Made by a program: the position numbers and the translations under genes. Source: Eledone cirrhosa (taxonomy: Eukaryota). From it: a stretch of 64,000 bases of DNA. Position 1 is the first letter of the stretch, and every line of letters starts with the position of its first letter. Where the stretch lies: the NCBI GenBank assembly GCA_964016885.1, contig OZ024740.1:273048001-273112000 (forward strand), written 5' to 3'. Below, in pieces: positions 12,639-26,774 of this stretch. The notes under the pieces are model-generated. The model had not been told where the DNA came from. It did not search any database and was given only the letters and a program-made list of their open reading frames with translations.

Positions 12639-15600
12639 ATGGCTATGCTGAGAGTAGGTTGTCTAAATGTGCGTGGCCTGGGCTCAACTTGGAAGCAAGC
12701 AATGCTTCTAAATGACCTCAGGTCACAACGTATAGATGTGATGGTTATTTGCAAGGCACGGATCAGCAACGTGCGACAGCTGGCGCCCACCTTTGATGAC
12801 TTTGAGATGCACGCATCTGTCTGTCAGCCCGGAGGTGGGGGTGGGGTTGTCGTTCTGCTGCAAAAGAATTGGGTCTCGCAACACAGACGGTACATTTGGA
12901 CCCGAAGGGTCGACTAGTGGCTCTGGACCTTGGCAGTGGTGAAGGCGGAGCGTTTAGGCTGGTAGCCGTCTACGGCACTTTCGGGTCAACGCGGCCGGAC
13001 TTCTTCCATCGTCTGGAGACCTTTCTAGGGACGTCCCGCTCCTTGCTATTAGTGGGGGACTGGAATAGTATCCTAGATGCACGTTGGGACTACATAGTGG
13101 CGTGTCCCGATAGAGAGGGGTGCAACAGCCTCAAAGGGTTAATCGGCCGATTTGACCTGGCCGATAGATATCGACTAGATTTTCCGACTGCGCCAACCTG
13201 GACTTGGGCAAACCGCAGCGGTTCATCTAGATCGTACCTAGATAGGTTCTTAGTTAGAAATAAGGATAAGGAATTTTTAAGTTGTCCAAAAATGCTCATG
13301 GTTGGCTATTCAGACCATAAGTTAGTGACCTGCATGGTCAACCTTGACAGAACGCATAGACAGGGACCCGGTTACTGGAATTTCAACTTGTCCTTACCGG
13401 CAAGTAAAGCTTACAGGGACGGGATTAACACTTTAGTTAAGGAGCGGTTGACGGGCGCCATCGTCAACAGCACGTGGTGGGGATCTCTCAAAAGAGAGAT
13501 TAGAGTAGTCTCTATAGAATTTAGTAAGGAGTTAGCCTCAAATAGAAATAGGAAGGAAAGGGAGTTGGTAGATAGTGTAGAAGAGGCACTTAGAAGCAGC
13601 GGCGTGGCCATTGTGCTAGCGTCGAGAACGGCCCTGGGCCAGTTCTTCGACGCGAAACACGAAGGCTGCATCGTCCGAAGCAAAATACGTGCTCTGGGAA
13701 ACGAGTGGACCAAAGCTGTTAGCTGGGCCCGCGTGACAGAAGCCAAAAGAGGGAGTAGATCCACTATCCGGTCTTTGCGAGACCAGGATGGACGGGTGAT
13801 CCTTGAACCTAAGCAGATGTGCAAGGCTTTTCAAAAGCACTTTGCCAGATTGTTCGGAAGGAGCGAGGAGCCGGTTGGGGAAGTGGACTTCGGTCCATAC
13901 CTCGACGGCCTGCCGCGTCTCTTTGACAAGGAGGCGAAGTCCTGCGAGGAGCCGATTTCATGCGCTGAGATAGGATAGAGGATGTGCTGAGCCAATGCGG
14001 CAAACGCAAATCCCTGGGTCTCGATAGTCTTCCATGCGAACTATATCTAGCTATACCGGACTTGTTCCCCGATCTCCTCGAGGCGGTCTACTGCAACTGG
14101 CAACAGAACGGGAGAAGTCCCTGTGCTGTGACCAAGGGAGTAGTCACGCTAGTGAGGAAGGACGAGAACAAGGGGGACGATATAAATAATTTCAGGCCCA
14201 TAACTCTGCAAAATACAGAGTTACAGATTTTGGCCAAGGTGCTAGCAAAGAGGTTGGCGCCTGTTGTGGGCAACCTGGTGGGAGATGCACAGACATGTGC
14301 TATCCCGTCCAGGTCCATCCACGACAACCTCCACCTCATGCGACACATCATTGAGAGGGTTGGGAACGAACCCGGCTTTGGTGGGGCCCTGATCAACTTG
14401 GATCAATCTAAGGCGTTCGATAGGGTCGACCATGGTTACCTGGATGCGGTGCTAGCGGCGGCAGGCTTCGGACCCGTTTTCAGGGGCTGGATCATTGCCA
14501 TGCACAGCAGCCGCATCTGCTCTAGAGTCAAGGTGAACGGCTACCTCTCGGAGCCGTTCGAAATCGCGCGGTCCATCCGACAAGGGTGCCCTCTCTCCTC
14601 CCTTCTGTATGTGATGGCTCTAGAGCCACTGCTGCGGAAGTTGGAGTTGTTGCAGGGCATCCCGATGAAACCGGATTGCAGAAAGCGGTGTCGGCCTACG
14701 CCGATGACGTAACAGTAATGGTGTCGACGGCCTCGGAAATCGGAGCGATCGGGACCTTACTGGAGGAGTACGAAAGGTTTACAGGGGCTAAGCTGAACCG
14801 GGACAAGTCGATCGGTTTGCAACTCAGCACGTGGAGGGGCAAATCGATGCCCTCCGATGGCGTCGTCGGGCGCTGGACGTAGAGCCCGGTGAAGCTGCTC
14901 GGGGACTGGTTCGGACCAGACCTCCAGGTGGAGAAGAACTGGGGTGAGGTAACGAACAGGGTGTTTGCACTGACCCAGAAGTGGACCGAGTGCAAACTGT
15001 GCCTGAAAGGTCGGGTGGAGGTGGCGAACACTTATATAGCGTCCGTCATCTACTACCGCCTGGACGCCGTGCCTTGCCCAAGGGAAACGCTCGCCAAAAT
15101 GGAGCGCGCACTCTTCCAATTCAGTTGGAAGATCGGGCTCCTATGATGAGGAGATCCATCTGCTGTCAACACCCTTCGAAAGGAGGGCTGGGGATGCCGT
15201 GGCTGATGATGCGTAAAAACGCATTAACGCTACGGCACCTCCAGGTATTCCTCAGAGGTCAACCGGTGTGGGCCCCGTTTGTGAGGCGAGCCTGTCCCAG
15301 ACTCGTCTCGCTCACCGAGCTGCAATCCTGAGTCAAGCAAAGACCGAGAAAACTGGGCGCCTGGCACACAGAGTGTGCCCAGGCGCTCACGGCTCTCTGG
15401 CATGCGGACCCGGCTGTCAGTGGAGAATCCACCTCGTCATTCTATAGAGGGCTGGTGGTTAGCAGGTGCGACGACGCCCTCGGAGAATCCCTAGGCATGG
15501 AGGAAAACGAACTGGCCAACCTGTTCGGTAGGACATTCAGCCCGGGACCCATGGATAACTTCCAGAGGTCCCTGGCCTGGCAGTGCTACCGAGGGGCTCT

Positions 15601-16077
15601 GCCCGTTCGAGAAAGGCTCTCCAGACACGGGCGCCCGGGTAGGGACCCCTCAAAAAAGATCTGTCCCAGATGCGTGTGCGACGAGCAAACCGTTGCACAC
15701 GCGTTGGTACACTGCTCGGGTATTGACGATCTGTGGGGCTATGTGGAACGACTGCTGTCACGGGTGGGACCGATCCGGTTGACCACCGTTTCTATTGTAA
15801 CGATCAAGCCGCCTCCCCTCTTCAAAAACGAAGGAGAGGCGGTGTTTCTGTGCGTAATAGCCATGGCGAAAGAGGTTGTATGTGGAAGCGTCTGAAAGGA
15901 CTGAGGTTAGACACCTTTCTCTCTGGCCAACAACTGGTCCATTTCTTCCGATATCATTTCGGAAGAAGTATCAGGATGGAGAGAGAGGTGCTCCACCCCA
16001 GCCGTTTTTATGTAAGATGGGTGAAAGTGGCGAGAATGGCCCGTGTGAATGGGCCTTCACTCTACATCAGACTGTAG
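12639..16077 (+). pseudogene. LINE ORF2 (APE endonuclease, RT, CCHC), several stops and frameshifts
   Basis: LNVRGL, GDWN, SYLDR, SDH; FRPITL, LDQSKAFDRV, RQGCPLS, AYADD; CPRC..H..C. Confidence 0.95.
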
Positions 16078-16435
16078 GTGAGTAAGATGAAAGATCCATG
16101 GTGCACCCTCTCTCTGTGCCCATGAGTAGAAGGGTTGCACACTTTTTCGGGTGTGTGTGCGACCCCCCAAGGCGCCTCCTCTCTATTGAGGATGTTGTTA
16201 TTCAATTTATTTTCGTTATATTTTATATTTTATATTTTTATATTTTGTTATTGCCTCCTCCTTATTGAGGACACCTTTTTATGTAAACTCCCCCCATTGT
16301 ACTTATCCCACTCTTTGATGCCCTGGTGGCAAATAATAAGAAAGTTATCTATCTATTTATGTATCTACCTTTCATTAAATCTATCCATCTCTTTTTCTCT
16401 CATATATATCCTTAAGTTTATATATATACTTGATA

Positions 16436-16474
<39 letters not shown>

Positions 16475-16525
16475 TATATATATATACATGTTAGTGCGTA
16501 TTATACTTACGCACACACATATATA

Positions 16526-16607
<82 letters not shown>

Positions 16608-16659
16608 CATATATATATACACATATATATGTATACATATATATATATACACACATGTA

Positions 16660-16731
<72 letters not shown>

Positions 16732-16736
16732 GGCAC

Positions 16737-16771
<35 letters not shown>

Positions 16772-17212
16772 TGACAATATATATATTTACAATTATATAT
16801 GTATAAGCGTAGTTGCATATATGAATATACAAATAGTATATATGTGTGTGTGCGTCGCGTTTGTGTGTGATTGTGGGTGTGTGAGCAATTGCTTGTGTGT
16901 GTATGTGTGTATATATGGGTGTTTATGTTAAAGCATATGTCCGATTCTGTGGTACACAATATACTTGTTTAAATATCTCAGTTATGTAGGCGCATGACTC
17001 TTGCAGTTTAATATGTTAATATTGTCTTTGAAAGAGATTATACCTATCTAATAAATATATGGACTCAACCTTCTTCATCGTATTCTACTATTCAATCGGT
17101 TAACTCTGCTTGTGCAACATTTATTGATGTCCTCAGCAGCAGCAACAACAACGAAATATCAAAATAACAAGTCCTACTACTACCACCACCACCACAACAC
17201 AACCAATAATAT

Positions 17213-17642
17213 TAATAATGGTTTCATATATAGGCACAAGGCCAGCAATTTTGGGGGAGGGGAAAATCGATTAAATCGACCCCAGTGCGTGACTAGTACT
17301 TTATTTTATCGACCCCGAAAAGATGGAAGGCAAAGTTAACCTCGGCGGGATTAAGAACTCAGATCATAAAGTGCCGTAACTCTATGCTGCAAATCATGGC
17401 GTCCGGCCCTCTACCAATACTGCCAATCCACCGCCCTATCAACCTTAATAATTGTTACTAGTTTTGGCTCAAGGCCAGCAATTATACCAGTGCATTACTG
17501 CTACTTTATTTTATCGACCCCGTAAGGATGGAAGGCAAAGTTAACCTCGGCGGGATTAAGAACTCAGATCATAAAGGGCCGTAACTCTATGCTGCAACGC
17601 ATGGCGTCCGGTCGTCTACCGATACTGCCAATCCCCCGCCCT
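17213..17642 (-). mobile_element. Two tandem full-length SINE A copies (long-body and short-body variants)
   Basis: Heads end ccgccct at ~17437 and ~17642; atcaaccwtaataat is duplicated around the second copy. Confidence 0.9.
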
Positions 17643-17659
17643 ATCAACCATAATAATAA

Positions 17660-20610
17660 TAATAATAATTGTTTCATTTATTTGCCACAAGGACTGGCAT
17701 ATAGGGGACAATACAAAGTCAGGGACAGTGGGGTTTTACATATAACAATGAATAAACAATATGAATACAATAAAAATATAACAAATGACATTCCCCAATA
17801 GGGATGATAACCACTCATAGGTAACACAAGTACCCCATCAATCCTTAACCACTGCTTCGAGAGAACCCAGGAAGGGTACTTCTTCTCAAATCAACCAGCC
17901 TACAGGTGCATGCTCGCTACATTCACCCACCCTATAGCAAATGTACTGGGTGGTATTATTTCTATCGCCTTTCGAAGTGAATATTTATTGTGGGTTTGGC
18001 CCAAGGAAAAAATGTGTGTCTTCAGTCTTTTCAACCTGTTCCAACACACAATGTATTTCGCTACCGTCACCAGACAGAAGAAAAATGCTTGCCCTTCCCG
18101 ACCGAAAGAAGGCGGCTTGGCTATCTACACTATGGACTCGAGGCATTTCTGGAAGTTATCCATCGTCCCAGGTTCGAAAGCCCTCCGGTACAAACTAGTC
18201 AGTTCCACGACGCCTAGAACCATTCTGGGTGCGTCGTCGCACTTGCCTACCACTAATCCTCTATAGAACTCGAGAGGGGAATTTCTATCCATTGATCACA
18301 TTGCCCGCCCGATAGAGGGCAGTGAGCACTTGGCAACATGCTAGGCACCCAGTCTCGGTCTCTTCTTGAACCAAGACTGCAGCTTAGTGAAAGAGACGAG
18401 CAGTGGTATGTCCTGTTTCACAAACGGCGACCACATCTGTTCATCATTTAGACAGAATATCTGGAGATGCCGCAGCATCAGTGCAAGTTTGCACATCAAA
18501 AGCCACGTCATGCCCAGCCCTCCGCGTAGGCGGTGCAGGCAGCAGATGGATAACCTCACTAACAGAACCTGTCTCCTCCGCAAGAAGTTAAATAGGAGCC
18601 GTTCCAATTTGGCGAAGTATGAACGGGGCATGTTACGATGTTCAGGCGGTATCAGATGACGAACCCGAAGTACGCGTTCGTCACCGCCGCCCGTAATTTT
18701 AGGGACAGCTTTCTCTCGGCCCATTTCTTGGTGAGAGTGGCTAACCTGATCGTAACCTTGGCCCAATTCTTATCCAACCGGAGATTCGGTCTGAACCAAT
18801 CCCTGAAAAATTTCACCGGTCCGTCCGTCCAGCGCCTGACGATGCTGGTGGACAGCGTGGACTTGCCTCTCTAGATGCTGAGCTGCAAGCCCACAGACTT
18901 TTCCGGGTTAAGTTTTTCTCTCATCAGCCTTCATATTTCTCAAAGAAGTTGCCGATCATCTCGATTTCCGAGGTGTTCGAGACAATCACAGTGATGTGGT
19001 CCGCCTATGTCGACACAGTCTTTCCGCGACCCGGTTCGAGCGGGGTGTCCTGCAACAACTGCAGCTTCAGCAGGAAAGGGTCGCAAGTCAATACATACAG
19101 AAGGGAGGGGAAAGGGCTCACTTGACGGACCGATCGGTAGATCGAAAATGGTTCCGAAAGATGGCCGTTAACTTTGACCACTAAGCGACATTCGTACCAA
19201 TAGTAAATATTATGGCACGCTAAATGTGCTCGTTTCAAATAACACCCCCTCCTTTTCTATTTCTTGCCTTCATGCTATCATGGCCATCAAATCCTTGTTG
19301 GCCTTTCTTACTAGCACGTTGTTGTGTTTCTTGTTTTGTTCTTGTGTTTGTTGTGCTGGTTGGTGTTTGGGGGATTGTGGTCGTGATGGTTGTGCTGGTG
19401 TTGTTGAGGGTGTGTCTGTGTTTGTGGCGATTGTGGTGTCTTTATTTCATTCGAATCTGTGTGTGGTATACTTGCGGTTTTCTTTTAATAGTGTTTGTCC
19501 TTTTGTTTTCTGGCATTCTTTGGTTGTCCTTTGTCTTCTCTACTTAAAGGTGAGGAGACTGTGTTGTTTTTTGATGCCCGAGTAATTGTGTTTGTCTCTG
19601 TGTTTATGTTTGTGTCTGCTTCTGCAGAGAAAGTTAGAAAGCATTCCTCATTTTCCCCCTGTGTTGGTTTTTCTACTGGTTTTTGTGTGTGTAGGGGTGG
19701 GGGAGGGAGGGGGGGGGGGGGTGTTGGTGGATTTTCCGTCCCATCACTGGCGTTTGCAGCCATGATGGCTTGCAGACCCCTGCATTTTTGAGCTGAGCGC
19801 AGATGGCAAGCAGATGTGTTGCTTCACCGCAGACGAAACAGTGTGGCTTTCACTCTCAGTGACCAAATGTATGGTGGATCCGTCCTGAAGGCACACATAA
19901 TCCGGCATGGTTTGGAATTCTTCTGGTTTTATTTAGACAAGACTCTCCAGATCCATCCCAGATCAGTCCTCTCTAGATATTTTCATAACGTCTGTGAGGA
20001 TACCATCGGAACCAATCACGCACCACAGGAGCCAATATAGTTTCAGCTTTAGCGGGATCCCGGTAATGTCGACCTTTACAGTTTTCCTAACCATGTGGGA
20101 TAGGTACATTACTATGCCGTCCTTTCTATAGGGACCACCGAATCTTCTATAGCAAGGGCCTCGGTTTTGAACCTCACCGAGATGGTGCCGAACAGTTTGG
20201 CCATTGCTTTGTATTCTATGTAATGCTTGGTGTATTTAAGTGCAGCTTCCACTTCTGCCTGGGTGGCGAATTTGCTTTTCAGTTCTGCACTGAAATACCT
20301 CTATAATGCAAACACCTACTTTGCGTTGCAGCTATTGCTTCATCCGCGATGGTTAGGTTGGCCCAGGTTCTTTCTCGCTTAATCAGTTTCCACTTCTGAA
20401 CCAACTCTTTATCCTTATCCGTAATATCCACTTGGAAAACTTTTCTGGTTTTTGTAGCCACAGCTGCGAATGTATTATTGCTGTTCACGTTGTTGTTGTT
20501 GCTGCTTTTCTACTTGCTATTGTTGTTGGTGTTGTTGTCGCTATTGCAGTTGGTGTTGGTATTGTTCTCGGTGTGGTTGTTGTTGGTTTCGTTGTTGCAG
20601 TTGGAATGAA
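17660..20610 (-). mobile_element. Tx1/L1-group LINE copy 2, internally deleted and decayed
   Basis: 3' end ccttgtggcaaataaatgaaaca-(ATT)n; RT 3' half at 17900-19185; ORF1 remnants (TFAAVA, WANLT, CFVCGEATHLLAIC) at 19185-20610; same subfamily as the 40-46 kb copy. Confidence 0.9.
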
Positions 20611-20759
20611 CAAATGAGGTTTATTTTTCAACATAGTCCCTAGAAAAAGCAACAATGCCGTTATCAATCAGAAGAGTTGAAATTAATGCATGCAAGATTT
20701 CACAGCTCTAGCATGACTCCTTCCTAGACAGCCTATGAAACTTTCCGCCTAACCTCCTA
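20611..20759 (-). mobile_element. Partial copy of the mariner-type MITE
   Basis: Reverse complement aligns to 21303-21450 (gtgaaatct.gcatg..taatttcaactcttct..tatgttgaaaaataaa) with a decayed TIR. Confidence 0.65.
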
Positions 20760-20884
20760 CTTATCAACTTTCAGCTTTTAAAATGAGCGAATTAACTGGT
20801 TAAGTATGCATTGAAATCAAAGACATAATCTTTTATAGACACATTTCGTGCATAATTACTTTTAATATTATTCTTAAAACAAGG

Positions 20885-21020
20885 TTAGTGGATTGGCAGA
20901 TTTGGTGGTGGGGTAGAATGCCATAGCAGTATTACTTCTGTGTTTATATATTCTGAGTTAATGATCCCATCATCGCTAACTTTGTCTTTCATCATTTTTC
21001 GGTCGAGAAAAATATAGCAC
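20885..21020 (+). mobile_element. SINE family A, old degenerate copy
   Basis: gtggattggcag head; aactttgtctttcatcatttttcggtcga core. Confidence 0.6.
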
Positions 21021-21302
21021 CAGATTGTGGTATTACGTCTAAAATCCTGTCTTCAAAATAAACTCAGAATTACCACAAGTACAGCCAGTTTAAAATTTAA
21101 CATTGATATGGCCATTAAATTCATAAGAGAGTATTAACGTTTGAAAATATATTTAGGGTAATATTAGAATTTAAGCTTAACTGAAATATATGAATCAGTC
21201 AATCCTAGGAACGCAATTATATGGTATATATGTATATATTTAAATTATTAATAAATATATACGAATATATACTGAATGTATAGAAATTAGAAAGAGAATA
21301 TG

Positions 21303-21495
21303 TACGAGGGTCGGCTGAAACGTTCATAGGCTGACTCTGAATGTGTGATGCAAGGCTGTGAAATCTCGCATGTAATAATTTCAACTCTTCTTATTAATAA
21401 CTGCATTGTTTCTTTCGGGGGATTATGTTGAAAAATAAAACACATTTGGTCATTCCATGAGAGTATTTTGGTCAGCTTTTGAACTTTTCAGCCCA
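21303..21495 (+). mobile_element. Tc1/mariner-type MITE
   Basis: TA-cgagggtcggctgaaacgttcataggctgac left TIR; gtcagcttttgaacttttcagcc right TIR with outer end lost. Confidence 0.75.
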
Positions 21496-21797
21496 TGAAT
21501 TTTGAGCCGATCTCGTAAATTTAAATTTTTGATAAAAGATAGCTCGGGTTCTACCCCTGAGTCTCCTACCGTTTGATTTAACGTGTAAAATCTGCCCAGT
21601 AATTCTTTCTTGACGCATTCTAATGACATACCCATAGTATCGGAGCTGCAATATCTCAATTCGGAGCAGTAACGTCCTTACCTGGAGTGACTCTTTGATC
21701 TAAGATCTCCCCATTTTATCGAGTAACGTTACTCCAAAAACCCTGGTCTCGGTTGAGGATCCAGCTGGATCAGTTGGAGACTGTTACTTCTGAAGTG

Positions 21798-21978
21798 TGG
21801 TGGATTGGCAGTATAGGTAGAGGGTCGGACGCCATGCTTTGCAACATAGAGTTTCGGCCCTTTGCGCTCTGATTTCAAATCCCGCTGAGGTTAACGTTGC
21901 CTTTCACCCTTACATAAATACCAGTAATGCACTGGCATATTGCTGGCCTTGTGCCAAACGTAGAAACAATTATTATTA
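21798..21978 (+). mobile_element. SINE family A
   Basis: Head, partly deleted core, tail ccttgtgccaaacgtagaaacaattattatta. Confidence 0.88.
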
Positions 21979-22681
21979 TCTTTATCTTTAACCTTTATTC
22001 GTTTTCTTTTCTTCTTCTCTCTGTTCAGTCAGTCTGCTTTCTCAGCGATTTCTGTTCTCACTCTTTTCTCCATCCTCTCCTATCTTTTTTCCTCCATATA
22101 TTATATAAATAAGTAGACTGATAGATTTTATGATATAGAGATTTGTTTGTATTTCTGTTTTTTCTCCCCATCTCTATGTGTGCGCACATTGTGTATATCA
22201 TGAGATATACACATTGACAGGTTCTGGCAGACTGTGTGTGCTAAAAATTGAAACTAATATTGAATTTATAAGGTTATTAAACAGTAAATAAAGGCATTTA
22301 GAAGAGAGTTAATTGATAAAAAAGACATAGATAAAATAGAGCAAAAAGTATAAATTATTTACCATGAAGTAAAAAAAAGAAAATACAAACAAAGATAAAA
22401 AACAATGGAACAAATAAAAGAAAAATAGAAAAAAAGATGAAAACAATTTGATAACAATATAAATTGATAACAATATAGGTAAAAAGGAAAGCAAACAGAG
22501 AATTGTTCCTGCAGGTTAAATAATGTTGTCTGTTATCTAAATATCTATTGAAGAGATACGATGTCTGTGTACGTAAGTGTGAGTGTTGTGTGGGTGAATG
22601 TTTGTTGCCAGAAGGGAATTGGTATGTGTAAATGGATATATACTTTAATATATATACACTTTAATATATATATATATATAA

Positions 22682-22767
<86 letters not shown>

Positions 22768-23524
22768 AGTATATATATATATATATGTATATATATGTAT
22801 AAATGAGTGTGTGTATATGTGTGTTTGTGTGATTCGTCTGTGTAATATATATGGGCTAACACAAGCTTATATAATTGAGCACAAATTGTATCTACAAATT
22901 CACACACACACAAACTTGCACACTCACACACACACACATATATATATTTGTATGCGTATATGTAGTCTTATATATAAATATATATATATATATATGAATA
23001 TATGCTTGTTCGTATGGCTGCATGCATATATATATATATGTATACCCCTCTGCCAGTCACTCACTCAGTTAGCCTCTTTCTCACACTTTCACTCACTCAC
23101 TCTCTGCTAGTCCCTCTCCACCACTTCCTCCCGTTTGACCTGTCCGGAATCCTTTCCTCGCTCACATTTCAACCAGGTTGGAGAGTCTTTATTCTCTCGT
23201 CTACGATTTCACAGAACTTATGTTCATCGATTTCAGCGACTTGAACCCTACTTCCTCACTTTCCGTTGCATTACCATCTTTGTTTGTTTACTGTCCCGCT
23301 CGTTCCTCCTATTTACGTGTCCCGACGTCTTTCTTTAGCCGTTGCTTGCACAAACCAGAGGTATATGATCTTTAAAGCGATGAAATAACAATGAAGGTTG
23401 GGAGATCACTGATGAAGGACTAATTTTATTCATATATATATCTTTACTCTTTTACCTCTTCCAGCCATCCGGCTGAGGCCATGCTGGGGCACCGCCTACA
23501 TTTATACACACACACACACACACA

Positions 23525-23659
<135 letters not shown>

Positions 23660-23675
23660 ACATATATATATATAT

Positions 23676-23871
23676 GAAAAAGTATGACACCGACGGCAGA
23701 GCTCAAGCCGTTTCGACGGCTATTTCTGGAACATAAAGAAATAGCCGTCGGAACGGTATGAGCTCTGCCGTTGGCGTCATACTTTTTCCTATTTCCCACT
23801 CTACTACCCTAAGTATTGAGTACTCTGGTGCGTTATGGTCCATGCGGTTCCTTACCACAATTCCTTTGTTA
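23676..23871 (+). mobile_element. Penelope-like mini-element with 5' fold-back palindrome (23676-23788)
   Basis: Imperfect ~50-bp inverted arms, then the shared body; flanked by (TA)n on both sides. Confidence 0.7.
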
Positions 23872-23885
23872 TATATATATATATA

Positions 23886-23988
23886 TAGGAACGAGTAGGA
23901 CCACATTTCTATTACCCACTCTACTACCCTAAGTATTGACTACTTTGGTGCGTTATGGTCCACCTGGTTCCTTACCACATTTCCTTCG

Positions 23989-23991
<3 letters not shown>
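23886..23991 (+). mobile_element. Same mini-element family, palindrome mostly deleted
   Basis: taggaacgagtagga remnant joined to ctattacccactctactaccctaagtattg body. Confidence 0.7.
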
Positions 23992-24027
<36 letters not shown>

Positions 24028-24030
24028 TAT

Positions 24031-24242
24031 AACAAAGGAATTGTGGTAAGGAACCAGATGGACCATAACGCACCAAAGTACTCAATACTTAGGGAGTAGA
24101 GTGGGTAATAGGAACGAGTAGGACTCCGACGGCTGAGCTCAAGCCGTCTCGACGGCTAATTCTGGACTAAATGAAAGTTTTCATTTAGTCCAGAATTAGC
24201 CGTTGAAACGACTTGAGCTCAGCCGTCGGGGTCCTACTCGTT

Positions 24243-24247
<5 letters not shown>
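24031..24247 (-). mobile_element. Same mini-element family with ~140-bp palindrome (24108-24247)
   Basis: Near-perfect ~69-bp arms centred at ~24178; each arm carries a hammerhead 3' half GAAACGGC..GCCGTC with one substitution. Confidence 0.75.
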
Positions 24248-24305
<58 letters not shown>

Positions 24306-24346
24306 AAGAACACAAGAGCGTCTACAACATCAACAGATTTTTATTG

Positions 24347-24391
24347 GCTTACAATGTTTCTTCCTTACGTAACCGTAGGATTCGTCAGAGC
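24347..24391 (-). ncRNA. Type I hammerhead ribozyme in a Penelope pLTR remnant (~24302-24505)
   Basis: gct-CTGACGA-atcctacggttacgtaaggaa-GAAAC-att-GTA-agc, then AATAAA; the base of stem II is an A.A mismatch. Confidence 0.7.
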
Positions 24392-25155
24392 TATAAAAGG
24401 GGTTTGATTGGTGTTATGGACTCCAAAGCATAGAGCTAATTATTATGCTGCCAATACCTTAATGGGACACGGGTATACAATACCTAACTCCTATTAACCT
24501 AAGTATATATATCTATATATATATTTGTATATATATATATATATACATACATATATTATCGTGCGACGGATGTATAGATACAGGATAGTCATATCCAATA
24601 CATTTGAAAAAGGAAACAAAAACCTAGTGGTAATTATTAGTATTCTACAAGGAAATGCGGTGATCATTTCTTGAAGTTAAACATATATTTCATAGAATTC
24701 CTTTTTGTAGGGTGTGTCTCAATTCCCTGCTGGCATTGGCCAATCTATGTGCATGATGCAGTCGTACTTATCACCATAATATAGCCAGCAGAGGTCTTCT
24801 TTGATCATTTAAAGATTTTCCACCTAGAAAAAGCGTTATGTCTGTCTGTATGTATGTATATATTCTTCTGGTTTTATAATTTCACAAATTTTTACCAATA
24901 GAGAGAGAGTCGGTTTCTAGCATAGATACAAGACTCTCTCATTCGAATTTACACAACATCAACTAGATAGATATATATGCATGTCTGCATGCATGCATGT
25001 GTAGATATGGAGGTTATTGTATGTCTGGTTGTGTATGTTTTGAGTTGTACGTGTGCATGTGTATATGCTTTGTATCTGTACATGTGTATATGCAGTTATT
25101 AGATGCAAAATTCTTGGAATGTTTTAGATATTTTTACTGTTCCATTAATGGATTG

Positions 25156-25212
<57 letters not shown>

Positions 25213-25285
25213 TAAAACATGTCTATAGAATTACCAGATAAAATATATATATATGTAAACCTTTAAAATATATATATATGTAAAC

Positions 25286-25359
<74 letters not shown>

Positions 25360-25570
25360 ATATGCATGTATGTATCTATGTATCTATGTATGTATGTATA
25401 TATGTATGTATTTATATATGTATGTATTATATATGTATGTATTATATATATATATATGTATGCATATGTATGTATGTTCGTTTGAGTGTGTATGTGGGCG
25501 TATGACTGTGTGTGTATGTGTGAGCGTTTGTTTGTGTCTCTGTGTCCCCGTTACACTCTTTGACTTGTAT

Positions 25571-25653
<83 letters not shown>

Positions 25654-25861
25654 TTTTCTCGCTTATCTATTTATCATTATGGGTTAAATTAATAACCATT
25701 ACATGATTATTAATTTAACGTGTGTATGTGTATTTGGTTAAATGTGTATTAGCCTCTCTGTGGCGTTGTGCGTGTGTGTATGTGAGTGTGTGTGCATGTA
25801 GGTTTACGTGTGCGTGTATGTATATGCACTTATACGTATTTTCAATATGGATTTGACAGAG

Positions 25862-25910
<49 letters not shown>

Positions 25911-26294
25911 AAGTATCTATGTATTTACATGTTTCTCTGTTATATGTTATTTCATAAACACATACGAATTTGTATAAACAACAGACACAAACATGACTGG
26001 AAAAAGAAATCAATACACGGACCCCATCAAGTCTAATTTTGTTGCTGTAAAAAGAACGTGAAGTAAATCTCTTGAATCTAGCGTTTCTGATAATCAGATT
26101 CTATTATTGTTTGTCTGTAAACTGTACGGCTTTAACTATTCCTTTACTTTTCCAAACATTTTAGTCATATTATGTATGTATGTATGTATGTATGTATGTA
26201 TGTATGTATGTATGTATGTATGTATGTATGTATGTATGTATGTATGTATGTATGTATGTATATAAATATATATATATATATATATCTATATCTA

Positions 26295-26353
<59 letters not shown>

Positions 26354-26376
26354 GTATCTCTCTATCTATCTATATG

Positions 26377-26410
<34 letters not shown>

Positions 26411-26430
26411 TATGTATGTATATATCTATG

Positions 26431-26463
<33 letters not shown>

Positions 26464-26466
26464 GCA

Positions 26467-26531
<65 letters not shown>

Positions 26532-26541
26532 GTATGTATGT

Positions 26542-26598
<57 letters not shown>

Positions 26599-26629
26599 TA
26601 TGTGTATATATATATATATATACATATAC

Positions 26630-26667
<38 letters not shown>

Positions 26668-26704
26668 CCATATTATATGTAGACACACACACACACACAC
26701 ACAT

Positions 26705-26774
<70 letters not shown>

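Larger units (their letters stand above)
10870..16345 (+). mobile_element. Tx1/L1-group LINE copy 1, near full length, decayed
   Basis: ORF1 plus APE-RT-CCHC ORF2; 3' end ccctggtggcaaataataagaaag. 5' boundary uncertain. Confidence 0.92.
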
